Of a stretch of 64,000 nucleotides of DNA, positions 1-13,560 are shown in pieces. Each line of letters opens with the position of its first letter. The stretch's first letter is position 1. Source of the stretch: Camelus ferus (Eukaryota); contig NC_045712.1 of the NCBI RefSeq assembly GCF_009834535.1, positions 25,854,001-25,918,000 on the forward strand, written 5' to 3'. The notes under the pieces were generated by a model, which saw nothing but the letters and a program-made list of their open reading frames with translations, was not told the origin of the DNA and did no database searches. Both the position numbers and the translations under genes were made by a program.

Positions 1-753
1 AAATTGTCTCTAGAAGGTATCCACTGTTGGTGAAATACTTCTTTTGGCAAGTTGATCCCTTGCTTAGGTGCTCCAGTTTCAGAGGGTGCCCTACTTGCTC
101 CAGAATAGTAAAATGTGTGGCGAAGAGATGTTCATGACTTTGTCAATAGATGCAAAATATGGATCCACTTAATCCTTGCTCTTCTGGGACCTTTGACCTA
201 TTAGAGAGGACAACGAAAGGGACTTCCTTTCAGATCCCCTGGGGAAAAACCGCATCACTAGACGGTGGCACTGTTCTCAAAAGTCTGCTCAGTGCTTCAT
301 AACTCACACCAATTCAGAACCTATCTGATACCCTCCCCTGCTGAAATCTTCCCTTGCTTTTAGAAGAGAATTCATATTTCTAACCCAGTCTAGGACCTGT
401 CTCTCCTTGACCTCACCTGGCTTCTCCCCAGCTTGGTCGCAATCCTTAAGTCATAAGGCCTCTTTTTGTTGTTGTTCTTTTGTTCTTCCAACACTACTCT
501 CTCTCTGGCCTCTATATCTTTGCACCTGCATTTCCCACCACATAGAATGCTCTTCCACTGCTCTCATGGTCAGGTATCACCCCCATTGTCATGAGGTGCT
601 GTCCCTGTTCCCTGTCACTCAATCTAGTCATCAGGTTATTTCTTTCCCGACCCTTTTCACTTGTCTCTCTCCCCCATCAGAAAGAAGTTTCATAGGGGCC
701 AGGGTCTTTCTGTCTTCTCACTGCTGTCACCCTAGCCCATATTAGGACCCTAT

Positions 754-832
754 GAAGAAAGAAGGAAAGAAAGAGAAGGAGAGAAAGGAGGAGAGAGGGA
801 GAAAGGAATGAGGGAGGGAGGAAAGAAGGAAA
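754..832. repeat. Purine-rich (GA) low-complexity tract
   Basis: Almost exclusively G/A over about 80 nt. Confidence 0.85.
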
Positions 833-1086
833 TTACCCCTTCCTTACACACACACATAACCCTCCCAGGTGGGCCAGCACAGCTGAGGCCAACTGCTCTA
901 ATGGTGGAGGGAGATGTCTCCCCCTGGGCTCTCAGCTGGCCCCTCGCCCAGGGTGTCCCCTGTTCTCTGATTCTTTCTATTCTGTGAGGAGCTCCCAGGA
1001 GAGGCTTCTAGCCTGGGGGACCCAAGGTCTGGGACTCAAGAGTAGGGGTTTGGCTGGGATTCACCTTTAAGCCTGCCTTGTTACAG

Positions 1087-4000
1087 CACAACAATGGCTT
1101 CTATGGGCACTACAGAGGCCAATTCAAGGGTGAAAGTTCTCGAGAATACCGCCTTGCAGCCAAGCCCCAGCCTCCAGCAGTGTTCCTGCAGCGATGTCAG
1201 GTAAAAGGTGGCCCTGGGGGCAACTAGGGCAGTTGGGCCAGATTCTGCTTCTCTGGCCCCAAGAGCATTATCCTCAGCACCACCACAGCTGGACTGTCAC
1301 AAGGCCAGCCTAGCCCTGGGACTTGCATGAGGCCTGGACCCTCTTCCCCTGAAATGTCAGGTCTTCCCCCTGCAGATAGCATGGAGTAGAGCCAGTACCA
1401 GGCAGTCTTGCTCAGTGCTCCTTCTGCATGGAGGAAGGGTCAGGGCCTAGGTGGGATGGGTGGCCAGAGGGAAAGAGCCTCCAGAACCCAAGAAGTAAGC
1501 CCTGAGCTTTGCCAACAGCTGCCCTTCAGCACAGATTCCTTCATGCGGTGAAAGTCCACTCTAGCTCACAGTCAGCTTTATAGTCCAGGGGCTCAGGAGT
1601 GAGTAGGAGACCTCCTCTGGTCAGGGAGACAGCATTAAAAGTAGCATGTACCCACTCCCATGCCTAGCCAAGGAGGATTGGAAAGTATTGATGGCAAAAG
1701 TGGCCTAGGGTGGCTAGAAAAGGCTTCCAGAAAACAGGAGAGGGATGGAGGGATCCAGGCCCTCCACTACTTCCAGGCCTGGAGACAAGGAGGCACTAGC
1801 ATTAGTCAGAGTCACAACAGTAAAAAGCCCACTCAAAACAGGGGAACTCAGGAGGGTATACATTCAGAAGAGTAGGTTTGGGGCCTCAGGAAAAAGCAGT
1901 CTCACAGGGTGGTAAAACTGAGTTATCAGTACTGCTGGGCCTGAAGGGACAAGGGGAAGGGGGTGCTCCTAGAACCCAGAAGGAGAGAGTCGTGGAGGGG
2001 GTTGGCCTGAGTTGGAGCCAGGAGAAGAAACACCTCCTCCCATCTTCCCTCCATCTTCTTCCAGGGTACCCCAGTGGTCAGAAGGAAGGCAATCTGGGGA
2101 AAAGTGTGCTCAGATAAGACTCCTGGGCTGGATTAGGGTGGAAGAGGGCTAAGGGGGACCTGGAGGTATGCCTGGAACAGGCTCTGCCCACTGCAGCTTC
2201 TTGCTTCCCAGCCTCTAGCCAGGTCCTATTTGGCCACCTGGATTCTCTACAAATTGCTTTCCCAGGCCAAGAGCAGGGTCTTGGAGTCTGCTGTGCTGCA
2301 GAGCCTGAATTTTCTTAGCATGCCAGTTGGAAGGGCTGCCTGGCATAGCCTACTGAGCCAGGCCGAAATGCAGCTCCAGACTGCTCATCCGGGGCTACTC
2401 TCCCTGAGAGAGTGATGAGGTCTGGGTAGTGCAGGGACAGAAGCAACCTGGGGACTTCCTGCTAGGTGTTTGTAGTAGTCCTCAGTGGCAGCTCTCATCC
2501 CAAAGAACCGAATATTCTCTCAATCCGTCCTCCAGGAACAGAGTAGGGGACATATTTGGGCACATGTTTTGATTGAAGACTTGCTACATAAAGCATTTAT
2601 CAGCATTATCAGTAACCCCAAACAGTATGATCTGTGTGTTAGGTTCCGGTTGTACAAATGCCAAGTCTCCTGGCTCTTTCTCGATCGAAAGCTGTTTTAG
2701 TTAGCTGGGCTGCTCAAGGAAGGTGCACATTCTTTTCTCTTATTAGCTGAGAGATACCAGGTGTCAGCTGGCTGATTGTAGCTATTCTTGTTGAAGACCT
2801 TTCCAAGATACAGCATCCACTTTACTTCAGTTTGGAGCAGGTAGAAATTTTGTCATTCAGATGTAAGAAAACTCTTTTTTATTTTTATTCTTCATTTTCT
2901 TTTTAATTTCTTTCTAGCCTTCACCTATCTGACGCTTGGGAAATATAATCCTGATCTTGTTTGTTCTTAAGGTCAGACAAGAGTCCCAGGGGCTTGGTTG
3001 GAGTCAGGTCCCTCATTGGTGGTGCCATGATTGCTGTGTCCCTTTCTCTGCCCCACCCTCCACCACTCCTCAGTCTGCCACAGGGGCTCCTCACTCAGTA
3101 TCCGGCTGACTGCACACTGCCCAGCCTCCACAGGGACCCTTAGCCCTCCCACATGCAAACACTGACCCATCCCAGGAAACCTACCTCTCCTCCAAGACTT
3201 CTTCAGCTGGAACCCCAGCCCAAGCCCCACCTGCTCAGAGACCATGGGTTTTACCACCTCAGTGGAAAAGTAGCCCTTTTTTTTAGAAATAAAGATGCAG
3301 GTGAAATTCTCCTCAGGGACAAGGATACTCAGAACTGCCTGGATAGAGAGGAAATGACTGCACTTTTTACCAGGCTCCCACAGTTGTGAGAATAAAACTC
3401 AAGTCAGTGGGAGTCGATAGATTATCCTGTCACTGTAAGAAGAATGAGTTGCCTGAGTCAGAGCTGCCTCCACATTGTAGGGCTGTGTACAATTTTATAG
3501 CTGAGGATTGAAATGGGGAAGAAATTGGAGGGGTTAATTGGAAGATGTCCCAGACTCCCAGGTTTTTTTAATTGAAATTTTTATTGAGATGATTGTAGAT
3601 TTATAAATAGTTGTAAGAAATAGTATAGAGAGGTCTCTTCTATGCTTTGCCCAGTTTCCTCCAATGGTAACATTTTGCAAATCTATAGTATCATATCATA
3701 ACCAGGACATTGACATTGATGCAATCCACCTATCTCATTCAGATTTCCCCAGTTTAACTTGTACTCACTTATGTGTGTATATCAAGATCTATAAAATCTT
3801 ATCACCTGTGTAGGCTTTTGTAGCCACCACTACAGTCCAGATACTGACCAACATCACAAGGATCCCTGGTCTTGCCCTTTTATGACTGCACCCACCAGCT
3901 TCTCATTCCTCCACTCTTCCCTTGACTCTAATACCTGGCAACCACCAGTCTCTCCTCCATTTCTAAAATTTTGTCACTTCAAAAATGTTATGTAAATGGG

Positions 4001-7000
4001 ATGATACAGCATGCAACCTTTGGGGATTGATTTTTCTTGATCAGTGTAACTTCCTGAAGATTCATCCAAATTGTTGTGTGTATCAGCAGTTCATTCCTTT
4101 TCATTACTGAGTAGTATTCTGTAGTATGTATATAGCAGTTTACTTAACCATTCACCTATTGAAAGATATCTGGGCTGATTCCCATTTTTACCTCTTACAA
4201 ATAAAGCTGCTATGAACATTTATATACAGTTTTTTTTGGTGAACATAAAATTTCATTTCTTTGGGCTAGATGATCAGGAGTACAATTGCTGGATCATAAT
4301 GTAGTTGCATGTTAAGTTGTTTTTTGTTTTTTGTTTTTTTTTAACTGCCAAACTGTTTTCCAGAGTGGCTGTTTTATATTCTACATTCTCACCTGCAATG
4401 TATGAATGATCTGATTTCTCTGAATTTCTGATTTCTCTGAATTCTCACCAACATTTTGTGCATTGTGGTTTTAATTTGCATTTCCATTATGTTCAGTGAT
4501 GGTGAACATCTTCTCATGTGTTATTTATCATCTGTATATGCCCTTTAAAGAAATGTCTTCATGTCATTTGCCCATTTTCCAGTTGAATTGTTTGTTATTT
4601 TACTGTTGAGTTGTGAGAGTTCTTTATACATCTAGATACTAGTCCTTTATTGGATCTGTGGTTTGCAAATATTTTCTCCCAGTTAGTAACTTGTCTTTTT
4701 ATCCTCTTCATATGGACTTTCACAGAGCAAATTTTTTTAAACTTCAGATGAGTTCCAATTTATCAATTTTTTCTTTTATGGCTCTTGCTTTTGGTGCCAT
4801 GCCTAAAAACTCTGCATGTCTCTGGATTCTGAAGATTTTTTCCTATATTTTTTTCTAAAAGGGCCCTGGGTTTTTAATTTCTGTTGCATAACCTTGGTTT
4901 TATGAGGAATGAAAGGTAAGGCAAGCTGTCTTCCTACCTTCATGGAGCTTTCATTCTATTTGGAGACCACAACCAGCTGTCTAAGGCAGGAGGTCCCAAT
5001 AGGGGAGCTTATTAAAGGCTCCACTCTAAAGATTATGGTTCAGGAATCTGGGATGGAGCTAGCCCCTGACTTTTACCTAGGAACCTGCTGTCAGCCGTTG
5101 CTCATATCCTAACCTAGCCAATACTGAACTTACCAGGTCAGGTACTACATTCAGGCCTGCAGCAGGAGAAGCTGAGTGGCTGGGGAGTGGGGTCCTGGGG
5201 GCAAAGACTCGACTGCCTTGGGAGAGATTCCTGCTGAGGTCTAGGGGCCTGAGAAGTGGTCTTGCTCTGCCTGGGGATGGGGCATGGCTCTCTGGCCCCA
5301 ACTGGGCCAAAGCAAATGCCCTGGGGACCCTCTGTCCCTGTTCACTGATTTAACAGCAAACATGAATTGAGCGCAGTGCAGTGCCAGGCTCTGTGCTGGA
5401 GATATAGATGTAAGATAGACAGTAACCTTTGCCCTTGAGGAGCTTATGCTCTAGTCAGGGGCATCATATGATAAGCAACATCATAATATGTAGTCATATA
5501 GTTCATTAGACAATTAAAAATGCGGGGTTGGGTGATGGGACTGCTGATGTAGTGGTCAAGGAAGGCCTCCCAAGGGGTAGGTGAGAGGGAGTCATGGCCA
5601 GCTGGGAGAAGAGTTCCAGGCAAAAGGAACAGGTAGTACTAAGGTCCAAGGTGAGTAGCTAGTGTATTTGGGGAGCAGTGAAGATGCCAGTGTGGCTGGA
5701 GGAAGTAGAGAAATCAAAATCATGTGGGTCCCAGGGACCTCTGTGATGACTTTGGCTTTTACAAACAAGTGGAACTATTGTGGATTTTGGCAAACAAGGA
5801 ATGTGATCTGATCTACATATTAAAATAATTACTCTGCTAAGAGGACAATAGACTGAAGGGGCAAGCTTGGAAGCAGGGACAAGGGGCAAGTAGGAAGCTC
5901 TTGCAGTAATTCAGGATGAGAGGAAGGTGACTTGGACCAGGGAAAGCAGTGGCCATGCTGAGGAGTGGTCTGATCCTGGGTATATATTGAAGGAGGTATC
6001 AACAGGATTTCCTGGCACATTGGATATAGGTTGTGAAGGAAAAGAATTAAAGGGACTCCAAGGTGTTTGGCAGGATCTAGCTGCCATGACCTGAGCTGTG
6101 GGAGGCTGAAGATGGGGTGGGTTTGAGGAATGATACAGAGCTCAGTCATGTGTTTGGAGATGCCCATTTGACATTTACCTGGGGATGTGGAACAGGCTGT
6201 TAGCTAGTGAGTCTGGAGTTTAGGAGAGAGCTTGAACTATAGAGAGAATTTCAGTTTCAAGGTGGTCCTTAGGGCCAAGAGCCTGGATTACTGATGAGAG
6301 AGTAAAAGAGGGAAACAGAGAGCTGGAGCCTGGTCCTGGCAGATATAGAGCTAATGGGCCTGATGGAAACGAGCCATTGCCTCACTGATGGCAGGATGTC
6401 CTGCAAGATGCCTCAGGCCCATCCTCAATCAGTGGCCCCAAAGACTTCTGCTTTGGGAGTAACTGCTAGGATGAGATGGCCCAGGAGTGACTTGGTTGCT
6501 TTAATTTGTATCTGCCCTTTCAGGGTGTTGGCAGGTTAGCAGTTTAAGGGTGGTGGCTCCTGGCAACTTCCCTCCATTATGGGACCCTGAGGTAATGTCT
6601 TGGGGACAGGTAAGCATCATTTTTTCTCATTCACCTTCTTTCTCACTGTCTTTCAAGGAGCCAGCACAGCAACATTTCTTCTCCAAGCATGACAACCGTA
6701 CTTCCTTCGACAGAGTGAGTGCTAGAGAGAGAAAGGAGAATGGGTAGGCCCCCAGCCCAGGTTGAAGCTGAGGTAGGGAGGAGGGGATAAGACACTGAGG
6801 GGAAGGAGGGCTCCTTTATACAAAGGGTGTCTGTCTGCCTGACAACCTCTCTCCTCTGGGAAACAGATCATTCCCCAAACAGATGTACCTCCACTTTGGT
6901 TTCCTCCACCAGCTTGCCTAATGTACAAATATCCTGGGGCCACTGACTTTCCGGGGGCTTCATTCACTCTGGAATGGAAAGTATGGCTGGGAAGGCAGGC

Positions 7001-7528
7001 CAGAAAGCTTAGGCACAGGTCAGGCATCACTAGGCAGGCCTCGGTTTAGGAGAGGCCCAAGGAATTGCCTGGTACCAGGACTGTGGGCCAAGGGCCCGTA
7101 CCGTTGAGGAGGGCCCTTATTGCCTGCTCCAGGGAATTGGAAGGCGGAAAGACCTGGAGCGCCTGTGGCAACAGCACACCTTCCTGCGCTGGGCACCCTG
7201 TGAGCTGGAGTTGCGCCAACAGCGGCCCCTCGAATCCTCCTACCAGGCTGATTTCCGGTCAGGGCCAGGACTCAGTGAACTCCCCCAGCGCCTTGTCCAC
7301 TTTGTACAGATCCAGCCTCCCCGTATCTGCACCACTTACCAGCAGAATTTCTGCCAGCCATCCCGGGGTGGCCATTGTGGCAGTGACAACATGGGGCCCC
7401 AGGCCCGGGTCACTGACACATTGCCTAACCTCCCAGGGACCCCAAGACCCAAGCTGCTGCAGCATTACCTTCATGCTGGGGTCTCCGAGTGTCTAAACTG
7501 GTCCAGAACATTAAACAAGGACAGCTGA
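1087..7528 (+). CDS. C3orf84: C3orf84 (CIMIP7) ortholog, 5'-partial; three coding exons visible
   Basis: Exons 1087-1200 (ag|HNNGFYGHYRGQFKGESSREYRLAAKPQPPAVFLQRCQ|gt), 6658-6714 (EPAQQHFFSKHDNRTSFDR) and 7112 (or 7079)-7528 (GPYCLLQGIGRRKDLERLWQQHTF...LQHYLHAGVSECLNWSRTLNKDS*). All junctions are phase 0. Peptides match C3orf84 as I recall it, and the position is syntenic (tail-to-tail with KLHDC8B). The start exon was not found in the window. Confidence 0.88.
3563..4860 (-). mobile_element. Old LINE-1 (L1M-type) 3' fragment, antisense
   Basis: Begins with a poly-T run; AT-rich with typical antisense L1 motifs (CCATTCACCTATTGAAAG, GCTGCTATGAACATT, TTTAATTTGCATTTCC). Subfamily not determined. 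Confidence 0.85.
5340..6335 (-). mobile_element. LINE-2 fragment, antisense
   Basis: L2 3'-end-like AACAGCAAACATGAATTGAGC...GTGCCAGGC...GTGCTGG, followed by purine-rich L2 ORF2 antisense sequence. Confidence 0.75.
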
Positions 7529-8369
7529 CACAGTGGCCTGTCTGTGCTTGCAGCCCAAGGGATCTCAGAGGCTGGAGAAAGGCACTGCCAGGCCCTAGGC
7601 CTGGCTCCTATGGTGCCTGTGCCACACACCTTGTACTGGGCAGGGGAGATGCTGCCTTGGGAGCCCTGCCACTGAGTGAGAGGAGGTAAGGCCTGCAGGA
7701 GGCTAAGGGTCCCGGAGGGATACTTTGGCCACAGTGGGTGGGTTCCAGGACCACTCTTGCTGCAAACCCAGCTGTGAACCCCTTGCAATCAAGTGTGGTG
7801 GCAGAGAAAGCAGAGTCAATGGCCCCTACTAGTGGGCAGCAAAGACCAGAGGAGAAGGCAAGGGCTGGCAGTTTTGCATTCTCTGGGAGGCCACTGCCTC
7901 TAGGGGTCTAGTGAGTGGCCACACAGTCCTGCCTAAGAGACAGCTTCCCCACAGCTGGGACAGAGGGAGCAGCCCCTGCTGGACTTCCACTGAACCACCT
8001 CTCCCTATGGAGATGAACAGAGGCTTTGAGGAAATGCTGTGCAACATGGCTCTGGAGGTCATCCTGATCGTGTGGCATTTTGTTATAGTTTTCTGAGCTC
8101 TGGTCTTCCTGTGAGTGTGCTCTAACACCCAGGGCAGTGGGGGATGGTGGTCATCCTATGTCACCAAGAGAGAAACTGAGGCTTAGGTGGGGCTGAGACA
8201 CCAGAACACTCTGAGGGGAGAGGCCAGGTCCTAAAGGCTCCTCTAGACCCTCATCCTTGGGAGAGTTAAGGTGCCCAAAGGAGGGCCAGGGGTGCAGGGT
8301 CAACACAGGAGTCCACACCAAGGGCTATATACCAGATTTTAGCAGCAGTTTTACTTCCACATCTGAACT

Positions 8370-8500
8370 CCCTAGGTCCTCACAACAGCCCTGTGAGGTA
8401 GGTAGGGCAGGAAGGTTTCAGAGATCCTCATTTATAGATGAGGATGCTGAGGCACAGAGAGGTGAAATGACTCGCCCAAAGTCACACAGCCAGCCGTGTA
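8370..8500 (-). mobile_element. MIR SINE
   Basis: CCTCACAACAGCCCTGTGAGGTAGG...ATAGATGAGGATGCTGAGGCACAGAGAGGTGAAATGACTCGCCCAAAGTCACACAGC matches the MIR core. Confidence 0.85.
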
Positions 8501-8999
8501 AAGAGCCCAAAGCCAACATTCTTCTGGCCCTCTGGAGGTTCCTACATCCACCCCTCCACCCCTCTGTGTTCCCACCCTCTCTGAACTCTCCTGGATCCAC
8601 AGGGGCCTTCAAGGCCGGCTGACAGGATTTTTCAGGAACAGCCATTGGGGTGGGCCTGATCAACTCAACTCCAGGTAGGCACTGACCCTGTGGTACATGA
8701 GACCAGCTCTCCCTTCCCCTACTTCCCAGTTGGACAGAGGGCCTAGTAGGTTCCAGAACAAGGGTGGAGCTGGGCATGGTCCATGAATGAATGGGGGGGT
8801 AAATGTGGGTATAAGCGTATGTATGTCCTGCGCTAAAGATGAGAAGGCCACCCCTAAATCCCTGAGGCAGTGACTCAAGTGCCCCGCCCTGTGCCTCCCT
8901 CATCCCACATAGCCACAGTTAGCTTCCTCGGCAGCAAAAGGAACCACAGGCATCTGCTTTGGCACTGAGCTGCTCCAGGGGACAGGTCCCATCAGGCAT

Positions 9000-11976
9000 T
9001 CAGACTCCATCACGCAGACACAATGCCTCCACAGCTTGACTGGGACCCTGGGCCACACCCCCGATGGCAAACAGCCGGGGCCCAGCCTGCAGACTAGAAC
9101 AGGAGCAGCGGGCCGTAGGCATGGCAGGCAGTGCCTCCCAGCGCCGCCGTGTTAGGCTGAAGCCCTCCACAGAGCCTAGAGGGCACGGCTGGTTTCCTGC
9201 AGGAAGGAGACAGAAGTTGTAAAGGGCACAGGCTGCAGGGCCTACAGCTCTTTTGCTCCCTGAACCAAGAGCATGACCCAGCATGCATCGCCCCAGGATG
9301 GGCTATCTGTGGCCTGTTATTCATTGCCCCCACTCATCTCTTGTTCATTTATTCATTCACATTTCTATTTCTCCAGTATTCAGTGGTCATTTGTCCTGTT
9401 CCTGTTTCCTAGGACCCTGCTGGTACAGAACCCAGTTAGGCACTGAGGGACGCCCTAAGAGCTGAGTCAGGTAGACCATCTGCTGCCTGCTTCACAGATT
9501 GGGAAAGGGAATTTCACAAAGCCCTGACCCCTGGAGTGCCTATAGAAGGGCAGGAGGTGGTGCCCATGTGGGGCAGGGAGGAGAGGCTCTCCTTCCTGTC
9601 TTGGGATCCCTCTCACATACCTAGTCCAACAGAGACTCACCTAGGCCCCCAATGGCCACGATATGGTCCCCAAGGGAGCCAACCACAAAGTCGGCCCTCT
9701 TATCCCTCATGCGCAGGCTTCGGGGCAGCTTGGTCCAGGACCCTACAGGACAGGGAAGGTCAGATCAACCCCCTGACACACACACTGTACCCTTCCATCC
9801 CCAAAAGTGGAAAGATTGCCCAGACCAGCCACTGCTTACCATGCTCCAGGTCAAACATCTCCACAGTGTTGACAAAGTGTGGGCGGGAGTAGAAATTGTG
9901 AGGCCCAGGCTGCTGCAGGCCACCCAGGCTAAAGACGCTGCCTTCGGCCATGGCGCAGCCAGCAAAGGCCCGGCGGCTAGGCAGGCTTGGGTGTCGGGTC
10001 CAGGTACGGGCCTCCAGATCAAAGGCCTCAAAAGCAGTCACTGGGAGCTTGCCCTGGCGGCCCCCTGCCAATGGAATTTGGGGACCTAGGAAGCAGCCCA
10101 GGGGCCCTGGCAGGCTCTTCCTATACCAGGTTGCTGAGCCTTTACCACTGCCAACCCCAGCCACCCATACCCAGCTGTGTGCACACCAGAGCATGGATCA
10201 CCCACCCCAAAGGTCCTCAGGTAGTGGGGTTTGGCTTTCCAGCCCCAGCAGACCACCAGAGGTCAGAGCCTCAGAGCAACCCTGGCTCAACCCAACAAAG
10301 CTTCTCTTGTTCCACCATCCCAAACCAAGCTTAATCCCAACCACTCCACAGGGATAGGTGCTTCTGGACTTCATTTCCTTTCCCAAATCCCCCAGGTCCT
10401 TACCCAGGACATAGATCTTGTTCCCATGCAGAAACGTGGAGGCCCCATAGCAGGGTGTTGGCATCGAGGGCAGTGAAAGCCAGCAGTCCCGTCTGGGTTC
10501 ATACACCCGAACCTGGGCCTGGGGAGCCGTATCAGGGCCCATTCCCCCCAGAGCATACACCATACCATCTGCATAGAAAAGAGTAATTCACACTCTATCC
10601 AAGCCTGGCTAGGACACCCCACCCTGACAATTGCCCTGATCAGGTGGGGGGTGGTTTGGGACACAAGTTTATAGTACTCTTCTCCAGCAGCAGAAACCCT
10701 CCTGGGAGGCTGGGAGAGCTAGGATTCCCACTCTGGCCAGGGCCCCTCCAAGTGAAGAGCAGGAGGCAGCAGATCTAATTATAATCCGTCTCCGTCTCCC
10801 TGGAGACGCTATGGCAACCAAGTCTGGCATTCAAGCAGGGCCCGGTGGTCAGACCTGGAGACCACAAGGTGGGGACTCTCATGGGGGAAGGAGGGTGGAG
10901 AATGGTTTAAGCCAGGAGTAAGGGCCATATGGATATCTGTTCAGCATGGAGCTGAGACTGGGGAGGGGGCTCTGAGGGTCAGCTGCAGGGTTGGGAGAGG
11001 GGCTTGGGCCTGTGGGATGGGGGTACTGTCCACAGGCCTTCTGCCCTGGAGTCCTGTCAGCACCTCTGTGCCCTGCCCTTTCACTAGAGTAGGTTCTTGC
11101 TCTGTTATGCCCTCAGAGTCAGCTGGGGGCCTTAGGGAGATGGGCTTCCATGGCAACTGTCCCAGGCCAGCTTGGCCTTTGTCCATCTCAGGCTCACTGA
11201 TTTGTGTGTGTGGTACGAGGAATCTAAGCATTTGCCAGGCTCTGAGCCAGGGCCCTGTTCCCCTCCCCCTCTCCCAGACTATTTATAACTGTGGGAGTCA
11301 TCGGGCCACCCCTCCTCGACTCTTGGAGAGGAGGAATAGGGGAGGGAGGTGGTTGGGGCCTCCCATCATGCTGGGGACTAGCCTGGGCTCTGCCTCCCAC
11401 CTCACAGCTGGAAAAGGCAGTTAAGGCTGCTGCCAGCCCAGCTCAAAGCTAGGTAGGGAAGAGTACAGGGGGAAAGCCATGTCCAGGGCACCTAGGTAAA
11501 ATTTACAGCACTTGCTGAATCTTGGAAGGTAAGGGACCAAATCAGGAAAGAATGGAGAGTGTTGGGGCACCTGAAGGACCTTCCTGGGGAGGTCACTCAC
11601 CTCTCTCCACAGTTGCAACCCCCATGGCTGCCTGAGGGAGGGTGGCCCGGCGCTCCCAGCGGCCCTCGTCAGCCAGAAAGGCCTCCACAGCAGCTACTGG
11701 GCTCTGGCCTTCATCCACACCGCCCACCACTAGCACCTGCTTGCCCAGTACCACAGCAGCTGCACCAGCCCGGGCAGTGGGCAGGGGCGCCAGTGCCAGC
11801 CATGTATGCGAGACCATGTCCAGTGTCTCGGCAGTGTTCAGGGGCAGTCCAGCCCGGCCACAGCCCCCCAACACTAGCAGATGCCCATCCTGGTATGCCA
11901 CTGTGCTATATACCCGGCAGGTGGGCATGGGGGGGAACACCTGCCAAGCAAAGGCTCGGCCACCTCCAGTAGCCAT
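9000..11976 (-). CDS. KLHDC8B: Kelch domain-containing protein 8B, 354 aa
   Basis: Minus-strand exons 11976-11601, 10568-10404, 10064-9840, 9742-9641 and 9196-9000 have GT/AG ends and sum to 1065 nt (354 aa + stop). The protein runs MATGGGRAFAWQVFPPMPTCRVY...QAVEALCLRDGV with kelch GG/W repeats. Confidence 0.97.
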
Positions 11977-12879
11977 GGTGTTCACCTCCAGTGGCAGGCC
12001 ATGCTATCTGCTCAGGCTGCAGGCCTCACTGAGAGGCATGATGGGACCTCATCTTGACTCTACCAGGGCTACAAGGGGACGTCTGGCCAGTCCAGGGGCT
12101 TTGCCTTCACCTAAAGGAGAGAGGGAAAGCAAAGGGTCAGCCACTGACCAGCCCCTCAGGATACAGATGAGCAGCCTGTAGCTGAGGGCAGAGCTGGCCC
12201 AAAATCGCTGGTGGGAAAAGCAGGTGGAGGACCCACCCCCCTCCCTAGCACACTGCTATGGAGGCCCTCCTAGAGTGGGAAGGAGGGCAGTCTTCCAGTC
12301 ACCCAGGCAACTTCACCCCTTCCTATGGGCCATGAGGAGTTCTCCTCCCATTCCCTGCCCTCACTGCTCCCAGGTCGAATCTAGGTCTAGGTGGGAGGTA
12401 AGGTGACTAGGATAGGACTTTTCACCCTAGACCTCTTTCTTTCCCCTCAACAGTCCTCATGCTGGTGCCCTGCATAAGTGGAGTTTTACTGTACCTTCCG
12501 CTTTACTGGCTTCCAGTGTGCTCTGGGCAGCCATCAGGGTCTCTCACCTGCTGCCATGGATCAGACTCCAGGGTATCCTTACAACCCCTTTGGGAGCCAT
12601 TCCATAGAGTTCGTCCATTCCCACCAGCGAAAGGCCAAGATTAGGGTGTTTGGGACTGAGAAGGGAGGGGCTGGAGGCCTGAGTCCCACATTTCCCCTCA
12701 AGGTCTACCCTCCCAGGTTTGCCATGCCAGGTCGCCAGAGGCCAACCTTGGTGTCCGAAAGTGGGGAAGGGGATGGTTTGGGGATCCCATGAACACTGGA
12801 CTCTACGTTCTCAGAGTCCAGGGCGTTTCCAGCAGGGGTGGGCAGCTGACTTCTGGGTTCCCTAACAGCAGATCCCCAA

Positions 12880-13560
12880 GTTTCCCAGTTTCTTGGGGCC
12901 CCTGGCGCGAGGGCCTCCGGAGGCCCCAAACTTCCAGCTCGTGGAGGGGGGGCGGGTCCCGGTGAGCGCGCTTGGGGCTCTACACCCCGCGCCCCAAACT
13001 TCCCCTGAGCGCGGCTCCCGCGGGACTCACCGGCCCGGGCTCCGGCGCCACCGGTGCGCGGGGTCTGCCGTTCAGGCTTGGCTGGTGCCGGCTCTGGCTG
13101 GGGCTGAGGCCGGGCTCCGGCGGGGCTCCGGCGGGGCTCCGGCTCGGCTCCGGCGCGGGGCGGGGCTGGACGGGGTCCGCCCCTCGTCCCCCCTCTCGCC
13201 TCAGGAAAACCTCCCCCCGGCTTTAACCCTGCACCTGCCGTGGACAGAGCAGGGCGCGCCGACCTGTGGTCACACGCAAAAGGATGAACTGACAGACCAA
13301 CACGTGGACACTGGGCCTGCCCAGGATTTGGGGTCAGACCTCAAGTTGGGGAAGAAAGGAGGCAGCGGTGGGCTGCACAACACGCGTACGGTGGGAGGCG
13401 TTCCGAATGGGACTCAGCCTGGGAAGCACCGGCGAGGGGGCGGGCCAGCAGAACCTGGGGGCTTGAGGGGCGGGCGCCTGCCCACTGCTGCTGCGCTCAG
13501 GAGCCCAAGGACACTCTTCGCAGCGGCGCCCCCTGGAGGCCACTTGGGGTGTGGCCTGGG
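12880..13560 (-). promoter_or_regulatory. CpG island, promoter and non-coding exon 1 of KLHDC8B
   Basis: CpG-dense block with GGGGCGGGGC boxes. Minus-strand donor CCG|GTGAGT has its exon end at 13031; the matching acceptor TTTAG| starts exon 2 at 12110. Confidence 0.75.

Noticed and set aside
1-1080. Search for the C3orf84 start exon or an exon of an upstream gene
   Set aside because: No convincing ATG-exon with a donor was found; it probably lies outside the window.
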